NCBI GenBank assembly: GCA_964617015.1
Contig: CAZTVG010000001.1
Coordinates: 46,584 to 110,583 of the forward strand
From: Candidatus Woesearchaeota archaeon
Lineage (GTDB): Archaea > Nanobdellota > Nanobdellia > Pacearchaeales > GW2011-AR1
Direction of reading: 5' to 3'
Length of the DNA: 64,000 nt
This document shows, piece after piece, positions 45,289 to 52,785 of this stretch; positions within the stretch are counted from its first letter, which is position 1; each line of letters starts with the position of its first letter. The translations under genes were made by a program, and so were the position numbers. Under the pieces are notes generated by a model. That model made no database searches. It was not told where the DNA came from and saw nothing but the letters and a program-made list of their open reading frames with translations.

Positions 45289-46083
45289 CTACTTAAAAAC
45301 CCTGTCATAAAAAATCACTCTGTTGATTTCCTGTTTTTTTGGAATAAACATTCGAAAGAAATTTCCGAGTTTTGTCTGTTTATATTTTTGTCCTATCATT
45401 GCTGCGGCAAGTTTCTTAAATTCCTCGCTCCCTTCAGATTTTGGTTTATGCATTGTAAGGGGTTCCATAATTGAAAGAGCCTTGAGAACATTCACGTCAT
45501 AAGGAATAACCGCAAGAACAGGCACTTCAAGGGTTTCTTCAATATCCTCCAGAGGAATCTCAAAATTTTTATTATGTACCTTATTGAGGATAATCCCTGT
45601 TACAGGGGTTCCTCTTTGTTTTGACAGTTTTACAGCCTTCATTGTTGCGCTTAGCGTTGGATGGTCTGGCGTTGTAACAACAAAAACTTCATCAGAAGCA
45701 AGTATAACGGCAAGGGTTTCTACATCAAGAGAAGGTGAAGAATCAATAAGAATGATGTCATAAATTCTCTTTAGTCCTTTGATTTTATCTTTAAGTTTCA
45801 GTGGACTGGATTCCAGTTTTTCAAAAATAGATGCAGGCATTACATGAAATCCTTCATATTCATAAATCGCATCTTTTGCATGCGCTGTCCTGTTTAAAAC
45901 ATGATGAAGGGTTTTTTCAGGATCCATAATGTTCAGATGCAGACCGAGTGACGGAGAAAAAATATTTCCGTCAATTAAAAGCACTTTGATTCCAAACTCA
46001 GAAAGTGCAGCACCAAGAGAAACAACAATAGTGGTTTTTCCCACACCCCCTTTTAAGCTTATTATGCCTATGGTTTTCCCCAT
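45289..46083 (-). CDS. MinD/ParA/Mrp-family P-loop ATPase
   Basis: 264 aa. Deviant Walker A ISLKGGVGKTT. Confidence 0.75.
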   Translation of the reverse strand: MGKTIGIISLKGGVGKTTIVVSLGAALSEFGIKVLLIDGNIFSPSLGLHLNIMDPEKTLHHVLNRTAHAKDAIYEYEGFHVMPASIFEKLESSPLKLKDKIKGLKRIYDIILIDSSPSLDVETLAVILASDEVFVVTTPDHPTLSATMKAVKLSKQRGTPVTGIILNKVHNKNFEIPLEDIEETLEVPVLAVIPYDVNVLKALSIMEPLTMHKPKSEGSEEFKKLAAAMIGQKYKQTKLGNFFRMFIPKKQEINRVIFYDRVFK

Positions 46084-46167
46084 AAAGATAATAAAATTTT
46101 AACATTTAAATATCTTTTACATTTAATGCATACAAAAATTTAAAAACAAACTCCTTCATTTAATAAA

Positions 46168-46515
46168 ATGCCAAAAAAATCAGAAAGCAGAAAAGAAGAT
46201 GTATACAAAAAATTATCTCAGGCAGAATTTGAAAAAAAAGTTCTTGAATTGGAAAATAAAGGATTAACAAGTGAAAAAATCGGGGAGGAACTAAGAAAGC
46301 AGGGAATTCATCCTAAAGAATACGGTAAAAAAATATCCAGAATACTTAAAGAAAAAGGAAAATATATTGTTCCTGACATAAAAAATGTTGAAATAAAGCT
46401 CAAGAAAGTGGGAGAGCATTATGAAAAGCACAAACAAGACAAAAGATCGATAAGGGAAAAAACCAGGATATTTGCGAAATTGAGAAAACTTAAAAAATAT
46501 CATAAGATAGGTTGA
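46168..46515 (+). CDS. rps15: ribosomal protein uS15 (S13e/S15P)
   Basis: 115 aa. C-terminal HYEKHKQDKRSIREKTRIFAKLRKLKKY matches the uS15 H..H.kD..SrRgL...RRrLL.Y pattern. Confidence 0.55.
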   Translation: MPKKSESRKEDVYKKLSQAEFEKKVLELENKGLTSEKIGEELRKQGIHPKEYGKKISRILKEKGKYIVPDIKNVEIKLKKVGEHYEKHKQDKRSIREKTRIFAKLRKLKKYHKIG

Positions 46516-46546
46516 CTTAATTTAAATTAAGAAGAGAGGTAAGTCT

Positions 46547-47863
46547 TTGGAAAAAGAAATAAAATTAATAGTAAATAAATTCCTTGAAAAATCAAAAAAT
46601 AAGGAAACGTTAATAATCAGTCACTTTGACACAGATGGAATAACTTCTGCTGCGGTGATGATTCAGTCCTTAAAGGGGCTGGATAGAAAGTTCTCTGTAA
46701 AAATTGTAAAGTCTCTTGAAGAAAAGTTCATATATGAACTCCAAAAAGATAAGGTCATTCTCTTCCTTGACCTAGCCTCAGGAAGTCTGAATCATATAAA
46801 AAAGGCTGGCCTGAAAGATGTGTTTATTATAGATCATCATGAAGTTGTCCAGGAAATTCCTGAATGTGTCACAATATTAAATCCTATGCTTAATACTAAG
46901 GAAAGCATAAACAGCTCTAGCCTGACATATCTTTTTTGCAAGGAAATGAATCCGGAAAACAAAAAATTCGCAAAGCTTGCTGTTTTGGGGATGATAGGAG
47001 ACTGGCTTGAAAAATCAATAGACAAACTAAACAACAGCATCCTTGAGGAGGGAGGGATAATAAAAAAAAGAGGATTGCTTCTTTACCCTTCAACAAGACC
47101 CCTAAACCGCACTCTTGAATACTCTTCACAGCCGTATATCCAGGGTGTTACAGGTAATTCCCAGGGAGTTCTGGAATTGTTAAGGGAAGCTGAAATAGGC
47201 TATGTAAACAAAAAATACAAAAGCCTGATAGAACTAGATGAAGAAGAAATGAAAAAACTAGTGACTTCTATCATGCTGAGAAACCCAAAAACAAAAATCA
47301 AGAACATCATCGGAGACATATTCCTCTTGAAATTTTTCAATAAACTCGAAGATGCAAGAGAACTGTGCGCCTTAATAAATGGGTGCTCAAGGCTTGGAAA
47401 AAGCGACACGGCACTGAAATTCTGCATGGAAATATCCGACGCAAAAAAAGAAGCTGAATCTATTTACGTAAAATACAAGCAGCATTTAATCTCAGCACTT
47501 GATTTCGTATCAAAGGCAGAAAAAATTCAGGACAGGGGTTTTGTAATTATTAACGCAGGAGATAATATAACAGACACAATAATAGGAACTATAACAAGTA
47601 TCCTGGCAAATTCCTCTATTTACGAAGATGGCACAATCATAATATCAATGGCTTACTATGGAGACAAAATCAAGGTATCAGCCAGAAATGTCGGAAGAAT
47701 TGGAAGAAATGTCAGAGAAATTCTGGATAGGGTAATAAAAGAAGTGGGAGGAGAGGTGGGGGGGCATGAATTTGCCGCCGGATGTAACATAGATAAGAGC
47801 CAAGAGAAAAAATTTATTGACACCCTGAGAAAAAATCTTGAAGTTGAATTGGTAAAGATTTAA
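46547..47863 (+). CDS. DHH/DHHA1 phosphoesterase (archaeal RecJ/Cdc45-like, GAN-type)
   Basis: 438 aa. SHFDTDGITSAAV, FIIDHHE, C-terminal GGEVGGHEFAAG (DHHA1 GGGH). Confidence 0.65.
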   Translation: MEKEIKLIVNKFLEKSKNKETLIISHFDTDGITSAAVMIQSLKGLDRKFSVKIVKSLEEKFIYELQKDKVILFLDLASGSLNHIKKAGLKDVFIIDHHEVVQEIPECVTILNPMLNTKESINSSSLTYLFCKEMNPENKKFAKLAVLGMIGDWLEKSIDKLNNSILEEGGIIKKRGLLLYPSTRPLNRTLEYSSQPYIQGVTGNSQGVLELLREAEIGYVNKKYKSLIELDEEEMKKLVTSIMLRNPKTKIKNIIGDIFLLKFFNKLEDARELCALINGCSRLGKSDTALKFCMEISDAKKEAESIYVKYKQHLISALDFVSKAEKIQDRGFVIINAGDNITDTIIGTITSILANSSIYEDGTIIISMAYYGDKIKVSARNVGRIGRNVREILDRVIKEVGGEVGGHEFAAGCNIDKSQEKKFIDTLRKNLEVELVKI

Positions 47864-47887
47864 AACCCTTATTTTTCTTCCTAAATT

Positions 47888-48592
47888 ATGAAAATTGAAG
47901 TTGGGGATATTGTTTTATGCACTGTGGACAGGGTAATAGGAATCAATGTATTTGTAAAAATAGAAGATAATGGCGAAGGATGCATTGTTATGAGTGAAAT
48001 TGCCCCCGGAAGAATAAGAAATATAAGAGATTACGTTGTTCCAAAGAAAAAGATAGCCTGCAAAGTTTTGAGAATATCTGGGGACAGGATTGATCTTTCT
48101 TTAAGAAGGGTAACTCAGAAAGAGCAGAAAGAACTCAAGGAAAGATACAAACAAGAGAAAAGCTATGAAAATATACTTAAAAGTGTTTTGGGAGAAAAAG
48201 CAGAAGAAGTAGTTGATGCAATATCAAGAACAGAGAAAACCTATGATTTCTTGCAGAAAGCAAAAGAAAATCCAAAGCAACTTGAAAAACTCGTGGGAAA
48301 AGAAGACTCAAAAAGGATTCTGGATATTTTGAAAATTCAGAGGCAAAAAAAATCAATTCTGAAGAAAGAGTTGTCTCTAACAACTCTAGAGCCTAATGGG
48401 CTTGAACTGATAAAAAATCTGTTAAAAAAGATAAAAGGAGCTGAAATAAAGTATGTTTCCGCAGGCAGGTATTCTTTGAAAACAGAATCAGAAGATATAA
48501 AAAAAGCTGACCATGAGCTCAGGAATAACCTTGATGAACTGGAAAAAGAGGCAAAAAAGAAAGCCATGGAATTTATTATTCTTAAGAAGTAA
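47888..48592 (+). CDS. translation initiation factor aIF2 alpha subunit
   Basis: 234 aa. N-terminal S1 fold VGDIVLCTVDRV...GCIVMSEIAPGRIRNIRDYVVPKKKIACKVLRI...IDLSLRRVTQKE. Confidence 0.65.
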   Translation: MKIEVGDIVLCTVDRVIGINVFVKIEDNGEGCIVMSEIAPGRIRNIRDYVVPKKKIACKVLRISGDRIDLSLRRVTQKEQKELKERYKQEKSYENILKSVLGEKAEEVVDAISRTEKTYDFLQKAKENPKQLEKLVGKEDSKRILDILKIQRQKKSILKKELSLTTLEPNGLELIKNLLKKIKGAEIKYVSAGRYSLKTESEDIKKADHELRNNLDELEKEAKKKAMEFIILKK

Positions 48593-48669
48593 ATAACATA
48601 GTTTATCACTTCTCATCAGGGAAAAAGATGTAACGAAACCTTTAAATATACAGTAAAAGATAAAATTTC

Positions 48670-49083
48670 ATGGCAGAACTAAAGGAATTCAAAGTTATTT
48701 TATTGGCAATAGTTTTTGATCCAAAAACAAAAAAAATCTTGATTGGAAAGAGAGAAAAAGACCCAGATATCCCTAAATTGACTTGGGCTTTTCCCGGTAG
48801 AGGAAAGGTTAATTATGACGAAGAAATAGAAGAAACACTAAAGAAAGGGATAAAAGAAAAAACAGGTTTAGAGGTTGAAAGCTTAGGGGCTGTATTTGCA
48901 AAAACTTACCCAGAGAAAAAAGAATTTTTATCTATATATTATTTATGCGAAGTCACAGGAGGAGAAGAAAAAGTAGGAGAAAAATTTGTAGAGTTAAAAT
49001 GGGTTAGCCCAGATGAGTTAGAGAAACATTTCACAACCTCGTTCCACCCTCATTTGAAAGAATACATCATGAATCTTAAATAA
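48670..49083 (+). CDS. Nudix hydrolase
   Basis: 137 aa. Nudix box GRGKVNYDEEIEETLKKGIKEKTGL. Confidence 0.65.
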   Translation: MAELKEFKVILLAIVFDPKTKKILIGKREKDPDIPKLTWAFPGRGKVNYDEEIEETLKKGIKEKTGLEVESLGAVFAKTYPEKKEFLSIYYLCEVTGGEEKVGEKFVELKWVSPDELEKHFTTSFHPHLKEYIMNLK

Positions 49084-49218
49084 ATTAATCCCTCTTCCAT
49101 TAGTCATGTCCCGATACTACTGCAATATATTTTTTCTGGATAGATATAACTTTAAATTAGCCTGTCGCGAATTTGTATGCAAGCAAATTTATATATGCTA
49201 AATTATTTTATCGACAAC

Positions 49219-49341
49219 ATGAAATTAAAAAAATGTAAATCCTGTAAAAATTATACCTTAAAAGACAATTGTCCTGAATGCAACAAGAAAACTTCTGATG
49301 CTCATTACAAATTTATTAAAAGAGAACAGGCTAAAAAATAA
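49219..49341 (+). CDS. nop10: H/ACA ribonucleoprotein subunit Nop10
   Basis: 40 aa, MKLKKCKSCKNYTLKDNCPECNKKTSDAHYKFIKREQAKK, not in ORF track. Zn-ribbon plus YTL...CP.C...AH pattern of Nop10; typically encoded next to aIF2-alpha in archaea. Confidence 0.6.
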   Translation: MKLKKCKSCKNYTLKDNCPECNKKTSDAHYKFIKREQAKK

Positions 49342-49376
49342 ATTTGCAATCCCTATGAGTTTGTCAAAGTAAAAAC

Positions 49377-50597
49377 TTAAGATAAAGTTGCCTGTTTCTC
49401 ACCAAGCAAGGCTCTTCCGTATTCGCCGTCATAACCTGGAGCAATCTTTATTTTTTCTTCACGATTTTTTAAAATCAAGTCCGCAAGCTTTTCATCAAAG
49501 CTTTTTCCAAGTTTTTCTCCGGGAGTATTCAAAAGAATTTCAAACTCATTTCTGAATTCTTCTATTAACTTGTTGTACATCTTCCACGCTCCCTGACTAT
49601 TCATGCTAATTCCAAAAGCAAGAGCAATTACTTCGTGAAGAGGCAAAAGTTTATGAAAGGGTTTTGCATTTCCAGGCTTAAATCCCTCGGGATGCTTTGC
49701 AATTTGTTCCACCCTGTTTTCCACCCCTATAATTAATGGCTTTCTGCAAACAGGACAGATTTCTTTCAGCTTTTTTGTTTTCTCTGGATCACACGAGAAC
49801 TTGCATAATCTGTGGCCATCCCAGTGATATTTCCCGTATTCAGGTGGTGTTTCTATTGTTGATTTCAGACCCTGGCCTGTTCTTATTGCTTTTATTATCA
49901 AATCATAGGATAATTCAGGAATATCAAAAATCGTGGCTTCACGGCCTATGCGCCAGGGCCAGAAACTATGGGCATCTGAAAAGCTGACAACACTGACTCC
50001 TCTAGAGATTTCATCAAATCTCCACAACATAGAGGGGTCAGCACTCATCCCAGACTCAACAGCATAGATTTTCCTTACCTGGTCCTGAAAACATTCCTTT
50101 AAGCTATCAAATCCAGATTTGCTTCCAAATAAACCAAACCAAGGGGTCATGCAATGAGCAGGAATTATTTCAATTTTATCATCAATCTTTTTTAATTCTC
50201 CGACAAGCTCTGGAGAAGTCATTCCAAATATAGGTCTTCCATCATAATCAAGCCTGCCTTTACTTTTCAAAAAATCTGTCACCTGATCGGCTATCTCTGT
50301 GTTGGGAGCAAAAATAAGGTGGTGAATAGCCCTCCTCTTACCATCCTGACTATACATCAGGCTTACTTCTGTCTGCCATAAAAAAGGAAAGCCATTTGCA
50401 GTTCTTAAAATTCCTTTGTCATCTTCTGTGAGTTTTTCATCAATCTCTTTCCTTCTTAAGGGATGCTGGAAATCCCCGACACCAAGCAAATCCAGTCCTT
50501 TGATTCTCGCGTATTTCTCTAAATTTTCTATAGAAAGATTCCTGCTTGTTGCTCTGGCGTATTTAGAATGAATCTGCAAATCGGCAATCACTTCCAT
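49377..50597 (-). CDS. PHP-domain protein, endonuclease Q-like, with C-terminal zinc finger
   Basis: 406 aa. N-terminal ADLQIHSKYARATS...KGLDLLGVGDFQHP, C-terminal CKFSC...CPVCRK. Confidence 0.5.
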   Translation of the reverse strand: MEVIADLQIHSKYARATSRNLSIENLEKYARIKGLDLLGVGDFQHPLRRKEIDEKLTEDDKGILRTANGFPFLWQTEVSLMYSQDGKRRAIHHLIFAPNTEIADQVTDFLKSKGRLDYDGRPIFGMTSPELVGELKKIDDKIEIIPAHCMTPWFGLFGSKSGFDSLKECFQDQVRKIYAVESGMSADPSMLWRFDEISRGVSVVSFSDAHSFWPWRIGREATIFDIPELSYDLIIKAIRTGQGLKSTIETPPEYGKYHWDGHRLCKFSCDPEKTKKLKEICPVCRKPLIIGVENRVEQIAKHPEGFKPGNAKPFHKLLPLHEVIALAFGISMNSQGAWKMYNKLIEEFRNEFEILLNTPGEKLGKSFDEKLADLILKNREEKIKIAPGYDGEYGRALLGEKQATLS

Positions 50598-50756
50598 TTT
50601 TTAACAAATAGACTGTTATTTTTAAGGATTTGGATATTGCTGGAATCGCTCAAAAAGCTGTAAGAAATTAATCAATAATAAATATCTTTAATAATTAACT
50701 GATTTGATTCTTGCTAACTTACCATGCTCTTATAAAATCAAAAATAATAAGACTTG

Positions 50757-52268
50757 CTATCTTCGTGCTCTGATTCTCCAGCCAAGCCCGACCAATACAA
50801 CAACTGCAATTAAAACCCACAGCCATGCCAAGCTTCTTTTTTCTTTTTCACCAGGAGGCACAACCCCATCTACTTCTTCACCATCTTCTGTTGTAACACT
50901 TTTCTCTGAAATTGCAAAGAAACTAAAGCTTGTTAACTCAACCTCATAAATCTCATCATCTCCTTCTGAACCTGTATATGTAGTAGGAAGCTCATTCCAC
51001 TGCCCAGCAGAGTCATCAAACCTGAATAAAGCTACGTTCTCTACACCGAGACCATTACTCGAAAGCCATGACTTTCCAACTTGAATTGTTATTGTTCCTT
51101 TCTCTAATTTATCTGCAAGATTGGTTGTTTCTATCTGCAGATATTTGTAAACTTTTCCTGTTTTTACTACAGAAACAGCTGCAGGTTGTCCTGGAAGCTT
51201 TGTAACAGTTATCTTAATGTTTTGTGCTGAATTATTTACTTCTATCTTAATTTCCTTAATTCCCATCTCAGGATCAAAATTTTTCATTATTGTTGCAACT
51301 CCAGGAGTCATTTTTGACCACGACTGAATTTTCTTTGGGGGTGGAGTGGTCGTAGTTCCACCACTGCTACATCCTGTAGTTGAAAAAGAAGTTGCTGAAG
51401 AAGATCCAACATTGCCTGCACTATCAGTACAAGTTACTGTATAAGTATAAGACCCACCACAACTTAATCCTGTCTCTGTTAAGGTACTTCCGGAAATAGT
51501 TGCTCCGCTCCTGTCCACAGTGCATGTACCATCTACACCTGAAATGGCTATTTCCAAAGAAGTCTGTCCTGAAGTTGTTTTAGTCAAACTCACAGAAGGT
51601 GCTGTTGTATCTAAAGTTATTGTCCTGCTAGAAGTTGAATTTGAATTTCCAACAGTATCATTTACTGTAACGTTATAAGTATATGTTCCTTCAATTAATC
51701 CTGTAAAATTACTAAGGAATGGAGATGTTGATGAAGTATTTTGTTGGACTAAACCAGAAGAATTATACAAAAATATAGTTATTATATCTAAACTCGTTGT
51801 AGCATCTGAGGCAGTAACATTAACAAAAATCCAGGTTCGTGATTTACTTACTGAATCTGCTTCTGTTGGAGATACATAAGATGTCAATGGAGCTGTATTA
51901 TCTACTGTTACATCTGCACTTAAGTCAGTAACAGTTGTTGTATCATTTTGTGCTTTTGCCTCAAAATAATATGTACCATCTGGTAAATTTGCAGTGTTAT
52001 TTACACATGTAAATGGACCTGCACCAGAAGTAGTATTAACACAAAACTGAACAAAACTTCCAGATTCATTGTGAGAAAAAGTAACATTATCTGCAGAAGT
52101 CCCTGTAATTGTTGCATCAAAAGTATAATTACCTGTTATATTATCATTAGCTGCAGGTGTAACTAAAGTTACAGTTGTAAGAGCTGCCATCACAAAATAT
52201 AAGGATAAAATTACTGCTACTAATACTGCAAATATTCCAAAAAACCTCAAATTAATATTATCTGCCAT
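50757..52268 (-). CDS. sequon-rich surface glycoprotein (S-layer-like) with N-terminal signal/TM and C-terminal TM anchor
   Basis: 503 aa. Many N-x-S/T sequons, Thr-rich linker GGTTTTPPP, C-terminal WLWVLIAVVVLVGLGW plus RIRARR. Confidence 0.5.
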   Translation of the reverse strand: MADNINLRFFGIFAVLVAVILSLYFVMAALTTVTLVTPAANDNITGNYTFDATITGTSADNVTFSHNESGSFVQFCVNTTSGAGPFTCVNNTANLPDGTYYFEAKAQNDTTTVTDLSADVTVDNTAPLTSYVSPTEADSVSKSRTWIFVNVTASDATTSLDIITIFLYNSSGLVQQNTSSTSPFLSNFTGLIEGTYTYNVTVNDTVGNSNSTSSRTITLDTTAPSVSLTKTTSGQTSLEIAISGVDGTCTVDRSGATISGSTLTETGLSCGGSYTYTVTCTDSAGNVGSSSATSFSTTGCSSGGTTTTPPPKKIQSWSKMTPGVATIMKNFDPEMGIKEIKIEVNNSAQNIKITVTKLPGQPAAVSVVKTGKVYKYLQIETTNLADKLEKGTITIQVGKSWLSSNGLGVENVALFRFDDSAGQWNELPTTYTGSEGDDEIYEVELTSFSFFAISEKSVTTEDGEEVDGVVPPGEKEKRSLAWLWVLIAVVVLVGLGWRIRARR

Positions 52269-52369
52269 CCTCTCTTATCAAATAGTCAGGAATTAAAGTT
52301 TATAAATGTTTTTTTTTCAAATGCCCTAGAATGATTACGCTTAAGCATTCTTCATTCAGCTTTGCTGAA

Positions 52370-52490
52370 TGCCCTTACGAGGATTTGAACCCCGGTCTCA
52401 AGCTATTCGCGAGCTCATTCATTACTGATTCAAATTCTCACAAAACAACTCACCGCAAGCTTGTGTTCTGTCCGGCTGAACTACAAGGGC
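52370..52490 (-). tRNA. tRNA-Arg (GCG) with 48-nt intron after position 37
   Basis: Minus strand GCCCTTG-TA-GTTC..GAAC-A-CAAGC-TTGCGG-[48 nt]-A-GCTTG-AGAC-CGGGG-TTCAAAT-CCTCG-TAAGGGC-A. The intron contains CGCG that can pair with the anticodon region. Confidence 0.65.
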
Positions 52491-52785
52491 CTTAATATTT
52501 TAAGAATAAAGATTCTTATTAATCTTATCTATTTTTATACGCAGTCCGGAAAATATTAATATGTCCGAAGAATTTAGCAATTATCCGAAAATAATATCCA
52601 AGTCCAAGCCACTGGGAAAATTTAACTGGTTGAAATTGTTAAAAATCTGACTTGCTAAAATAGTAGTTGCTGAAGCTAAGACAAGATTATGTTTCTTTTG
52701 ATACCACATCATACGCGCAAACCAGTGAGGGTTAATAGCTTCTCAATAATTATTTCAACATTACCTTAATTAAAAAAATTTCCTA

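Noticed and set aside
52561-52650. 29-aa ORF overlapping the TCCGAA repeats
   Set aside because: It is too short, has no coding signature, and lies in a tRNA upstream region.
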